Source: Lingula anatina | Taxonomy: Eukaryota > Animalia > Brachiopoda | Length of the DNA: 64,000 nucleotides | NCBI GenBank assembly: GCA_051362555.1 | Contig: CM120644.1 | Coordinates: forward strand, 1,062,954-1,126,953 | Direction of reading: 5' to 3' | Shown: one piece after another, positions 1-13,110 of the stretch | Position numbering within the stretch: the stretch's first letter is position 1 | How the letters are laid out: each line of letters begins with the position of its first letter | Translations under genes and position numbers: made by a program | The notes under the pieces: model-generated | Seen by the model: only the letters and a program-made list of their open reading frames with translations | What the model was told of the DNA's origin: nothing | The model's database searches: none

Positions 1-767
1 AGACGACTGTATTAAATCTGTGAAATCTACCTTTGACGCCATCCGACTGGTAGATAATCTTCAGAAAACCTGTGCAAGCGGAGGATTCCATCTTACCAAG
101 TTCTCAACATATCATCATCTATTCCTCCATAGGGGACATCAAGAAGGAGATCAAGGTTACGGGACTAAATGGACTGACAGTACTACGTGACGGTACAATA
201 GCAGCTACTGTATGGGACGGCAGTACACCGGAAGTGAGGATATACAGTAAAGACGGTGGTGTGAAATCATCGTTCTAGTGCAGCACAATTGGTCGTTTTG
301 CAGTGAACCACGAAGGTACCTGGAATGTACCTGGAAGGTACCTGGAATGAGGTTATGGTATATCGTACTGACGGTGCCCAGATCGGATCATTCATAGACA
401 CCTCATCGAAACCAGTACAATATACCAAGTACATATCAACCACACGCAGTGGTGACGTCATAGTATCAGATCTCAATGACTGCTGTATACGTGTCTACAC
501 ACCTGAGGGTCAGCTACGGTACACGTACGTTGGGGAAGGCGTCATAATGGTTTCACAGGGTGTCTGTGTGGATGAAAATGGAGCCATATTTATCTCCGCC
601 TTCCTTGCTGACAACATCCACCAGGTGTCTCTGCTGGCCAGTTCATGCGATATGTGCTGACAGAAAAGGATGGACTGTGGAGATCCAGGGCTGTGTGTAC
701 TAAGCAGGAAGGGCACCTCGTGGTAGCTCAGGAGGACGGGTGGATCATGACATACAAGTATAAATAA
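1..767 (+). pseudogene. Disrupted C-terminal NHL-repeat/beta-propeller coding region (TRIM2/3/71-like), 5' end outside window
   Basis: NHL-like blades (GDVIVSDLNDCCIRVYTPEGQ, GVCVDENGAIFIS, GHLVVAQEDGWIMTYKYK* ending at TAA 765-767). In-frame TAG at 276-278, a 22-bp duplication-type insertion (gaaggtacctggaatg at 312 and 334) that shifts frame, and a further shift near 630. AATAAA at about 844. Confidence 0.7.
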
Positions 768-1069
768 CGATATATGGTGTTATTTACCCCTGGTCTGTGA
801 TCAAAAATGACCAAAGAGAACTTGGGCCTCATCAGACGACAACAATAAATATTGATGACAAACTAAATAAGGCATAACAATATGGGCAAAACGATCAATC
901 CTTCATTAAACGGATCAGAGAGCCGAAAACCCGTGACTGACCAATAGACGGTCTTTTTAGAAACATTTATTAAAGCTCTATGGTGTTATTAACCAACTCC
1001 TTGCCTGTGATAAAAAATGGCACAGCGGCTTAATTATGAAAGACAAGCTCATAGTAAAGATAGCATATA

Positions 1070-3900
1070 CCCTCAGCAAAATGAAAAATTTGCAGCAAAT
1101 TTGCTGCGAACCAAACAGTCTGCAAAAAACTTAGCAGGTTGTAGTAAAAAAAAAAAAGAACAGTTGTTGCAAATTTGCTGCCAATTTGCAGGAAACTCAT
1201 TAATAACATAGAGGTTTGCAAAAACTATGCAAGAAGCTCTCCATTTTACACAAATTTTAATTTTAAATTTTAATCAATTTGCCAGAAAGACCAAGCTTGC
1301 TTGCTGTTTTGCAGCAAATTTGTAACAAACTATTTTTCACCTTAAAATTTGCTTTATGTTTGGAAGAAAGTCCATGCCTTTTTACCAATTAACAATTGAT
1401 TAGATCATGTTTGCACTAAATTTAGGAAGTTCCTTTATCTTTGTGTAAGTATATTTGATTTCTTGAGAGTTTGGGGGAGATTTAAATTTATATGGATAAA
1501 GAAGAATTCATTTTAGAGACGTACTTTGTGAATTTCAGTACCCTCATCTTTATAATGCACGTTAAGACTACTACAGTACTAATGATACCGTATGTAGTTT
1601 AGCTTTAAAGGACACAGTCCAAGAAGGTGGGTACCCCTCAATAAATGACACAGCTTTTTGATCTGCCGTTTACATTTCGACTAATTCAAAATGATGTTTC
1701 TCATTTAACTTTGTTCATAAATTACATAACCAGAGTTATAGTATAGAAATTACTTGCACAAATTAACTATTTCACTTTTTTTAATGCCACATATGAGTCT
1801 GACAATCACACGGATCAAAAATACTTTCTTGCGTGGATGTACATGTACAGGGTATATCACTTTCGGCAGCGAGTTTCCTAATATTGGATTTTTTGCATCT
1901 ATTGGTAGTTTGCATATAGTTTACAAAGTTTGCAACAAACTTAAAAGTTCACTTACAGTTTACAAGAAGCTTATATTGAGATAGGTTTTACCTCCAATGT
2001 TTCGATGTCTATCAGGATATCTTCTTCAGGGAATGAGGCTATCCAGGTGAATAGCCTCTACTCAGGAGGTGTACTTGCCCCCCTCTAAATACTGGGGGTA
2101 AAACCTATCTAAATATTAGCTGTTGACTGAAGAAAAATTCTTATAACTTAACACAGCTGATGAAAATCTTCTCTGAGTTTGCAAGCAGGTTTAAGAAACT
2201 CAAGACAATTACTTACAGTTTGCAAAGGTTAACTTACAGTTTACGAGAAGTCTGAGGACACATATACATTACTTACAGTTTGGGGAAAGTTTGCGAGAAA
2301 CTTAGTCAATAACTTACATTTTGCAAGCGGGTTTTGAAGATACTTAGTAGTTAACTTACAGGTTGCAAGAAGACTTTAAGAAACGTAGACAGTAACTTAC
2401 AGTTCACAGGAATTTTGCTATACACCTAGACAATTGCTTACAATTTTCAAGATGTTTGTCAGAAATTTAAACAATTACTTATAGTTTGCAACCAGGTTTA
2501 CTAGAAACATTGATTTGCTATCTGCAGTAAACTTAGACATAAAATTTACTCACTTGTAGAAAGGTAAAACCAAGTTGCAATTCTAGACATTTACTCACAG
2601 TTCGCAAGAGGTTTGCAAGAAACTAAGGCAATTGCTTATAGTTTGCAACCAGATTTGCAATAAACTTATTGGTTTATTAACTGTTTGCATTAAACTTAAA
2701 AAAGCACTTGCTTTTAGAAAAAAATGAAAAATTCTTCATTCCCCTTCCCAAAGTTATTTTTACTTACACTAACGCACAAATAAACTAGAACAAACGCAGT
2801 TTATGTATAGTTTACAATTTGACCCACTTTTGACCAACTTTATTTATTTGCACATAAATAGGTCCAAATGCTAGTATAAATTATTATTAATTATTATAAT
2901 TATAATTATTGATGCACAAATGCAAATTCTAATCACTTTCTTTAATGTTTGGAGGTTCAAATACAAATATTGTTTTGTTGTTCAAAACTGCTAAATATAG
3001 ACCCACTATCTGTCTACTTTAACCACCTTTATATCCATTGTTGGTTTGACTTCATGAATATGTGTAAGTGGCGGAAGTATATCGTCATGCTCCCACTTGG
3101 AATAAGCGGGGTATCTACCAGCTTTGAGTCTTAAAAAAGGCATAACCTTTGCAAAATTTACAACCACCTGATGCACAGAAGCACACCTTGACGACAATTT
3201 CTACAAAACCCAAATCCATAACACCATTATCGTGATCAAAGTATTTACTTTAATGGATGCTTTGATTTCTAAGTAAAAGCATGTAAAAATCTCCACATTT
3301 GACAAAGGGACACGTGAGGTAAATGCCAGTACAGGAAAAGGTTTTGCATAAAGACAATCTGCTAAGAATTTATCATATCATTTTCCAATGAGAATTCTGT
3401 TGCCAGATGCTGGATTTGAGGTTTAAACAAACGTTTTCTCCAATGGATTTGTACTGACCTGGAATTTGTTTAATACATGATGGCAAAGGCTGGAGAATGT
3501 TCACTATTGCTATGATTTGGGCATTCACATGGAAAACATGAGTACACCCACAAAAGGACCAAGATTCCTAAAACAATACGGCAAATGTAACAATAAATGT
3601 AAATTCAAAGTAGAATAACTCTCACTATATAACACCGGAAACATAGCAACATAATAATTAAACAACATTACACTCATATAAATATCCTGCACTGATACAC
3701 TTTCCTTACACATAGGAAATAAGCAGACCCACAAATTAAAAAAAATCTATATGAATTGAATTAGGATTTATAATGACTTCAATACCTTGTTCTAATCTTT
3801 GAAGACTTCTCTACAAGGGCATGGTAAACAGACTCATTTGTTGATTGCAACTACAAAACCAAAGACCAGCAAAGTTTTCTGTGGATCTCCTCTTTTTATA
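1070..3900 (-). mobile_element. Degenerate CACTA/EnSpm-like DNA transposon (terminus, subterminal repeats, transposase remnant); far end not found
   Basis: Starts CCCTCAGCAAAAT and is followed by many degenerate (a)acttacagtttgca-type repeats (about 1900-2700). The minus-strand peptide 3525-3734 contains YSESYSTLNLHLLLHLPYCFRNLGP, resembling the NxHxLxHLxxxVxxxGP motif of EnSpm-type transposases. Confidence 0.6.
1973..2117 (-). repeat. Penelope-like terminal fragment with hammerhead-like core, bounded by a 24-bp inverted repeat
   Basis: atattgagataggttttacctcca (1973) and tgggggtaaaacctatctaaatat (2094) are inverted copies with 2 mismatches. The minus strand reads CTGAAGA-(stem II)-GAAA. A related sequence lies at 7960-8025 on the plus strand. 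Confidence 0.45.
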
Positions 3901-5009
3901 TGGCAAATCATTAATCAACAAATAAAGTGGATATATAGATTGAAAAATCTGAACTCTTAAATATGGCACCCCATCCGTGTTCCAACAAGGGTTGGAAACA
4001 CCCTAGTTACATGATTATGACGAGCCTAACCGTCAGTGCCGGATATTGGTTTGTGACCTTGAGAGGCAATGAGGCTTGGTCTTTGTGGCACGCATGAACA
4101 GTACTCGATCTTCCACACCTGGGTCTTTTGTTTTTGACAACTGTTCACTCGTCATCGAGGTTCTTGTTCAAGACCAAAGACTGATATCTACTAGTACTAC
4201 CAGTGACTTGATTAGTAACGTTCCCACAATACATGGTTTTCTGAATGTGCGTACCCTGAAATTGGTTAGCCTCACTGACGAGAACATTGGACGTTTCTCA
4301 CCCTCTCTAGGATTGCCCTTGGTGTCAGGACAGGGACCAATAGGAGAAGATAGGTTCTTGTAAATTTGACCGTCATATCTTCAATACCGTCAGGATTTTT
4401 CTTCAACCTTTGAAATCAGTGTGTCACCAGTTCAGCGAAGTTTGGATCATGACACATGTTTTGTAATTGTTCTTGTAGTTCATCGGGGACAGAGAATATA
4501 AAGAAGCAAAGAAGCAAATGTCAGCGGGCAACATTTTGTTTCCAGTATATCGATATCAAGACACTGTCGTGAAACTAAAAAAACACAAATGAAACTAATT
4601 GTTTAGCATACATAAATGACATGAATTTTAGATGCACAAAGATATGGAGTTAAAAACACTCTCTAGTCAGCAACAACATTTACTATTTGTGAATAAATAA
4701 CCTAATGTTCTATAATAAGTTGATAAAGTAATTCAATATTTGCATACAAGTTTAATGACTTACATGTAAATACAATTTTATACATAAATATCTCACCATT
4801 ATATTCCTCTTTCAACTAAACCCACAACAGTTATTCCACTGTATAACTCTGCTACTCACTGCAGACTGGCACACACTGCACACGCTCAAGGGTGCGACCA
4901 GCAAAAACTGTTCAAATATGTAAATTAAGGTCATTATGTAAAACGAAGTGTAGTGGGTGTGCTTGTCAGCACACCTATAGCAATACTGATTATTTTGTTC
5001 TTTCTACAG

Positions 5010-6466
5010 CATGGGCGTAACCAGGCATACGCACGGATGCACTATGCGTACAATTTTCTGGGCCAACCATGATATTATTCTCTAGAAATTAAGTGTATTT
5101 TTTTACAGAATATAATCTAAAATCCCCTTCGACTGTAAGTTAAAGACACCTGAATGTACAAATCCTCTGTATAAATTGTACACGCACCATCGTTGCGACA
5201 CCCTTCTCGTTTGATTTCAAAGAACTGAGGTAAACAATACTAGTTATCTTCAGAAGTCCTATCTAAATCGTCCATCCAACTGGAACTTCCTTTACCTCTT
5301 AATTGGAGGGTTAAATGCCCTTCAACTCTCAATTAACCTTTGTCTTGGGTGTATCGAACGCAATCTCCCCGGCGATATTTATCTCAGGTAAAATCTACCT
5401 GTGGGTTATTTTCAAAAAGCAGTTCCTGCAGACCAGGGGGCACTAGATAAAATCTGGACATCGGGCTTAATAAGTTGGCAGACAAACAAAAGAAGATTTT
5501 TTCTGCAAAGCTTCAAAGAATTTTGACACGGACTTGATCCAGCTTAGCCCTCCAAACTAAGAGGGTGGCATGGACAATTTTCACAAACAAATAATTAAAA
5601 TGAGATATATCAGAATTTTATCCTGTGGTATAATTGCTTGATTTTGGATGATACCATATATAATTTCAACTTTTAGAAAAATCATCATTAAGCTGACCAT
5701 GGCAGGGGCGGATCCAGGATTATTTAGAGGGAGGGGGAGGCGCGGATGCGAAGCCGACCCTCCCCCCCCCTTTGGCGTGAGGTTCGGGGCCCAAAATTTT
5801 TCGTACTGTAGAGGGTGAACTGTGCCAATGGGTACGTTTTGGAAGTATGATTCAGCTAGTCAAAATTTTAATTTCAAAAAGGGGCCATTGGTTTGATTTT
5901 TTCAGAAATCGAAATGCAGGGTCATTCTCATCTCTTCAGCGGGAGATCAATCGCGAACCGAGGGAATCGAGAAAGCAATTTTTATATTCGTACAAGGGAC
6001 TTCGTTCGCGGTATGTCGTCAGCGGAGTTTCTTTAGGGGAGTTTCTTTTGCGATAGCGCGTCGGCGGGAGATCGTTATCGATTATTTTTACCCCCCCCCC
6101 CCCACCCCCTTAAAATTTATTCCTCTTTAATTTTTTTTCCATTTATTCCCCCCCTCCTCCCGGTCACTTGGAAAAGTAGGACGCCCTGAAATTTCCGAAG
6201 AAATTACGGATTGCAATTTCGGACGGCCTGTACCCCAGTACTGGAAAAAGTGTTGGTTCTTGGTGAAATAATATACTGTAACTTAATTATATCGTGGGAA
6301 TATTTTAACTTTAAGTGATGATTGTATTACTGGTGAAAATAAGCTGTGATATTTGGTACATATAATTTAAACTGTCCTTCATCTGTTGCGTAAGTCTAAA
6401 TTTAGATGTACCTGGCAATTATGAAAATCTGTGCGTACAATTTTAAAATGTCTGGTTACGCTCCTG
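5010..6466. mobile_element. Non-autonomous TIR element with nested repeats
   Basis: Termini CATGGGCGTAACCAG ... CTGGTTACGCTCCTG, flanked by TACAG on both sides (5005-5009, 6467-6471). It contains about 5200-5590, an inverted homologue of about 24140-24520, and a second CAGGGGCGGATCCAG-type end near 5703. Confidence 0.55.
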
Positions 6467-8778
6467 TACAGTTCTACTAGCAATTCTGTGAACTAGCTTA
6501 TTTTTCCTGTCTTTGTGGTCAAGTCAGCATTGCACTTACTATTAGCTAGGGCACACTAGACAGTCAAAGTCAACTCCTGTCAGATATTTTTGAACCAAAA
6601 AATTATTCAATGCAGGGGATGGAAATCCTGAGAAGTACTTCTTGAAATTAAATAGACACTTTAGGCCAGGGTGGGTTTGCAAGCAGTGGACACTGATAAT
6701 TGTACGTAAATCACTTAACTGGCTTTCAGTTATTGCAAGGGCAATAGCATACAGAAAAATGAGCAACATACTAAGGTGGACTCGAATTGTGACCAGAGTA
6801 AATGGGGTTGTCACCCGGGTCGTCACTAACTCCATTGAAATACTGAAATACTGTCCTGAGATACTGAAAATAAAGCAATTCCCGTTGAGATTTGCTTCTA
6901 TCAGTCTACGACCCCAGGGAGCTACAAGTACAATTACAAAACATGTATTCAAAATCAAAAAAAAAAAAAAAAAAACTGCTGAACTGGTGGTTCAAATCAC
7001 AGTTATCTTCACTCTTTTTGTTCTTCTATTTCTCTGCATCTCTTTCTTTCTCCCTCAAACATACACATACGCCCACGCGTGTGCGAGCACAGGAACATAC
7101 ACAATGACAGGGACGCAAATGGTCACATACTCACATAGATCACTGCTTGCAGTCTAAAGTGGACTTCTCACCACCCTGTCCAACAGAAGATTCGAATTAT
7201 CAAGACCTTGATGCTCACAGCTGAAATACATCTAATAGAGAAAAACAAGAAAGGGGAGATATTTAGATAATGGCACCAAGAAAGGGGGAAAGGAAGGTAA
7301 AGCAAAACAAACGTTTTCTCAGAACATATAAAGAAAAACCAAAAGTACGTATGATGTTCTCGCCTATGTGAAGGAACAGAATGAAAGACCAGGAAAAAGA
7401 ATATAGTACATACATCGTGTAACATTATGTCTAAGGAATGGCACAGTGTAGAGCCGCATTTTGCAACCGACCGCATTTTGCAACCGGTTGCAAAATGCGT
7501 TCAGTTGCATGTCAAAATATCAATGACATATGAATGACACAGGTGAATCTGGGTTGCTTTTTAATAATTAAGGAATATGGATGATAGACCGCTTCTTTTT
7601 AAGATGTGGGTGTCTGATTCTTACATAGAAATGCTTAAAGTTAGACATTTTCCCTCTGGTCATGGATAAGCATGTCTCCTATATGTTATGTTGACTCTAG
7701 GCATTATAAGCACGGCCTATAGCATAGCATGTTCTGCACTTAATTAGTTTTCCAATGTTTGGAATGCCAACAAATTTCGTTTCATTAGTTTCAATGATAA
7801 ATCATAAAAGTCTCCTTAAAATCGTAGTATGAACAAGTGCCGTAAGATGACAGGGGAAAGTCTCAACAGAATTGATTGGATTACCCTACCTGACCTGTAC
7901 CTGCCTTTTAAGGCATTATGTGTGTGTGTGTGGGGGGGGGGGGGGGGGGGGGGCAAACATATTCACCTGGATAGCCTCATTCCCTGCTGAAGATAAACAT
8001 CAAATGTTGTAGAAAACAATATCAATTGCTAGTTACTAATTTAAGAAATATTCAAGCTTTATTCTTTGGATTATTTATTTTAGTTCACGACGTACGTATA
8101 TATATATGGAGAGACAAAAGTATTTCACCATTTGGATGAAAAGTTTTGTGGGCATATGATTGGTGGAGGCGAGGTCTTTGTTAAAATAAATTTAACTGTT
8201 TTTTGTTTGTTTGTTTTGTTTTCTGTCGCGTTAGAAATTCCATACGATAAAGTCCTATCGGATCTTATAAGATTCTATAGGAAATTGGTGCAAGGTGCAT
8301 TTTTGAATAATTAGATGCAGGAAAAAACTCATTTCGATATCAAAGACTTACAATACCCTTTGCTAAACTGGCCGATGCAACCCCAAGGCGCAAACTCCGT
8401 TAAAATATGTGAGATGAAATATGTCTTGGTTTATATATTAGCTGGGTTAATAAATATTATATAGGTGATTCCATGACAATATGGGCATAGTATTATTATC
8501 GGAGGGATAAGTAAAAAATTACCTGCATTTTCTATGCTATGAGTTTGCTTAGTATTCATCTCTGAGTTTAGGCATAAGCGACTTTTCTAAAATAAGTTAA
8601 TGGTCTTTACATTTTATGAGCATCTGTGACAGAAACAATCTATGGCGTTATCTGAAATTCACCCTTTTGTACATGTCATTGTGAAAGTACCCTGTACCCG
8701 TATGCGATATACAAACCGCCTATATGAATAAACTACTGCGGTTCACAATCAGAGGACCGCAAGGTAAACACCGTGAAG

Positions 8779-11142
8779 ATGGCAAATATGAAGGCTGGAA
8801 GATTAAAAAGCTCTTCTGTACAAGGATTGTACAAGAAATGCCTTTCTTTTATTTTACTTGCCTGTTGTGTTATTACTGCCTGGTATCTGTTGGGAGCCAA
8901 TGAACTTTTTTATCTCAAGCACAGCAAACAGGTAGAAAAACTAACAAGATATAACGAAGCTGTTGGACACGGCGTGTTCGGTTCCAATAACACTTCTCTC
9001 GGGAAAGATGAACCTTCAGAACTGAGGACAATTAAGCTGACAGAGACAGGAAAATCTTTGTCAGATTCTCTCAAATTTCAAGCAACTGAAACAGAAGACC
9101 CGACTGAACATTTGGACTATTCCGTGACAGGTTGGACTTCCTCGGCAGAGTCATTACCTAACGATTTCTCCAAAGAAACTTTACGATGGCAAAAAGCAAC
9201 AGATTCTGGGTTGTACGTGTTCTCTGCATATTATGATCCACGAGTAAGAGGCAGAGAAGTAAAAGTAATTTCAGCGGCATGCGAACCTGTAGAAAAACAC
9301 ATGCCTTTATATTGTCGACTTTGGTTTGAGGCTGAACACAAATACTATAATGGAACTGTCAAAGGGAACATATTGACAGATGTCCGCCGAGGAGTGCTTG
9401 AATATATCCATAGGGTTGACAGAAATGGGAGGTATTTTAGAGATGTACATGTATAATATACATTTGTGATGTTTTACATATTATATATATACAGGGTTAC
9501 TACTTAATATGGAATATTTTTTATCATTGTTATTTTTGAGTGCTGATTAAAATTTTTTTGGCTTGATTCATCAAAAAAGTATGTCATTGAGTGATAAAAA
9601 TATCCAGTCGCCTATTGTGAGATATTTTGGTCAATAATATCTAATCTGACATAAGATATGATTAAAAAAAAAGAACACCCCCAGAAAACCATGTCAACAG
9701 TTTGATGTTAGTATTAATTTTAAGCTAAGATATTAAAAAAAATGATAGCCTCCGGACAGTGATATGTTACACAGTCAAAGAACTCATTACAACAAATCAT
9801 TAAAAGTCATCAACAGCGGGTATGACCTCCAGCAGCCGCTTGCAGCGCCCTCATCCTACATGGCATACCCTGTGACAAATTTTTTAGTTTGGATGGGAAT
9901 ATCATTAAACGCAGTGATATTTGCCTGTCGCAGTTCGTCACTATTTACCGACCGATGACCATAGCTATTAATTCTGTGAGTTACTTCCGCCCACAGATTT
10001 TCATTTGGGTTCATATCTGGGGACTTTGCAGGCCAGGGCAGTTGCTGAACCCATTGGTTTCGATGAAAAACAGTGATTCTGCGAGCTTGATGTGGGGTTG
10101 CGCAGTCGTCTTGGTACACTAAGTTGTTCCTGATTAGACTCTTACAAATCGAAGCATTGTTTGCTGTAGAATGTCTCTGTAGGAACCCTGGTTGAGGTTG
10201 CTTCTCAGACAAACCAACTGGTTCTGGGCACCGACATGAAATGCTCCCCAAACAGAGACGTTACGACCCCCTGCTTGCACCCTAGGCAGTACACAACCAT
10301 CGTTTTATGTCCCTCGTACACGTCGGCGGACATGGATTCGACCGTCAACCCTAAAAACTCCATATCTGGCCTCATCACCGAAAATGACGTGATTCCAGTG
10401 TTTTGGCTGCAAACGCACGTGGTCCCCAGCCCATTGCAGACGTCGCTGTATATGACCTGCTGTTAGCAGTAGTTTCCCTACTGGTTTTCGTGCAAAATAA
10501 CCGCTTTGCAGTAATCTCTTGTTCACGAGTGACCTTGAAACGGGCGTTTGAATGACATTCTGCCACTCTTTTCTGAGGACACTGGTTGTCTTTGTACGAC
10601 CAGCACGGCGCACTCTAAAGAAAAGGCGATTCTGTCTTCTTGGTGTGATACGCGGACACCCTGGTCGAGGTATTGGAGTTAGTGCCTTTGTTGTAGCATT
10701 TCTTTGGAGGACTTTACTAACGCTTCCTGATAAATGTTGCATTGCCTGTCAATGGCTGTCCGTTTCTGTCCATTTTCTCTAAGAGCAAGAATCCCATAGA
10801 AAGCTGCATTGCTTAGCAGTCGAACCATATCTTCTCTAAGGTACCTGTCAAGTTTCAGAGCTATTCTTTCATAGCTTCTCTAAATACACCCAAAAGATTG
10901 GCCAAACCCATGCGTTTTGATACAAGGGCAGAAATTGCCGAAAAGACCACCCCTCACATTTCTGACCACAGAACATGCAACTGCATGCATTAATTGTTTT
11001 GAGAGTTGTGTGGTAATTAGGTAACACACCAGGCTACACATGGAGTGACACTTCAGTTTGAGATTTAAAGTAGTTAGAGAGAAAATAAATATTTTGTAGA
11101 AAATTAACTCGCCAAAAAATAATATTCCATATTAAGTAGTAA

Positions 11143-11175
<33 letters not shown>

Positions 11176-13047
11176 ACAGGGAAGATTGAAATCCAGGCGA
11201 GATTCAAATCCAAGTCACAGCTACATAAATCACATCCCAAATATAGCCATTTACTTTATAGAACCTATGGCTTAGAAGATCTTTTATTAAATACCTTACA
11301 TAATGTAGTATTATCGGGGTAGCATTTAAGCATTAGTGGTGCAGTGGTGGAACATGTTTGTAGTAGAGATACAGTATAGCATACTGCACGTCTGCGTCCA
11401 AAAACACATACTGTACAGTTGTACAGAGATGAGGATTAATACGATAGACTAGCAGCATGATAGATCCATGTTTCAAATATGCTCGCGCACTGTTTCAAAG
11501 AGGTAGTTTTAAGGAACATGAAAAATGGAACTTTAGTCATTTTTGAAGGGTAGGGGTATATGTACTCATATAGATTAATCAGCAGGTAACTCTAACCCCT
11601 TTACTGATAAAACTCATTGGTACAATATCGGCTATGCGTGTTTACATTCCGTCTGGATTTCAATCTGTATTGTCCGTGTACTGATTTTAATCCATATTAT
11701 TTGTGTATGTCTGTCACAGATTATCATAAGATTCACTTCACTGAATATCAGGAATTATCTTAAATTTATCATACGACTTGTTTAACTAATTTTGATTTGT
11801 TTTACAAGTTACTCGTTTAAAGAAAATCAAATAGTTTACCTGAAGGCTTTGGTAAAAAAAAAGAAAAAAAAAAAGCTGTGAGGGCACTAGTGACATAACA
11901 GTTTCATGTTTAATTGTACAAAAAGATCAATATACAGTCGCTGCGTAATGAATTATTTGTTTCTATTTCCGTCATTCATTTTTGATTTCATTTTCACTTT
12001 CCAGATTTAGGAACAGCATTGTCTATTGCAATGTATCGGGCATACCGCGGCCAATAGCTGTACAACTGATAGCAAATATCACCCCAGAATCTCTAAGGTA
12101 CAGGGCATCTCTAAGCAGCCTAAGCCAATCTGTCTATGTCTTGTGAAACATATTTGCTTTCCATAGAACTCAAAAGGGATCATTTTATTTCTCTCTCTCT
12201 GTCTCGTTCTCTAGCTCTCTGTCTTTCCCACAGACACAAAAACACACACAATCAAGCATAACACACATATCTTTAAAGGTATTGCCTTTTTCAAGATAAT
12301 CTTAACATGAAAAAAAAATTACTTTATAGACTGCTTGATGCTTCTTTTTTGCTGTAACTCAATCTTTATGCAGGGTGATTCATCCCGACGTTGGTCGGAT
12401 TCGTCACATCTTAAATTATAAGTTTTTAAAAAAGGTATATAGTATCACCATGTCCACTATATTTCTACTTTTCTATTAATTTGTCAACTTGTTCGATCAA
12501 ATATAATTCATAGAGAAAGCGAAGAAAAACAAAAGCTTTCATTTCTTAAAAATGTATTTTAAAGGCCAACTATTCTTCCAAAATGTCAAATCAAGTACCA
12601 TGTTTCAGATAGAATCCACTGAGAATAAAATCGGAGTCCAAGTGACTCCAAACTTGGAGTCCAGCAGTTGTGACTAAAATAACTCCCAATTGGAGTCAAG
12701 TTGACTCCAATGGAGTAATGCCATCCCAGACCCCATAGGAGGGTCACAATTGACTCCATTCATACATCCCGTCATCCCTTGATTTATCTATACAAAAGAG
12801 TCACCATGACCCCATATTAAGGAATTTTTGACACCTTGGCACATCATGAACAAAAGCAATAACAACAACAGTGCCAAGAGGAGAGAGAGCAAATATCATT
12901 TACTTCAGACTGATGTGTGCCCGGACGGGCTCGAACCCACGTCCTCCACCTCCAGAGGCGGGCGCTCTAACCACTAGACCATGCAGTCACTTGTGGCGTT
13001 TTAAGAGCAATAACAAAAAAAAATTGCAAATCTGGTAATAAACAGCA

Positions 13048-13110
<63 letters not shown>

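Noticed and set aside
6542-7476. ORFs of 102-171 aa upstream of the array
   Set aside because: No recognisable motifs, non-ATG starts, poly-A runs and overlapping antisense frames.
7454-7500. Short repeat/palindrome ccgcattttgcaacc x2 plus inverted copy
   Set aside because: It is probably a transposon subterminal remnant; no partner end or TSD was found.
12917-12988. Functional tRNA gene
   Set aside because: It has A and B boxes, but the acceptor stem does not pair and it lies inside a transposon.
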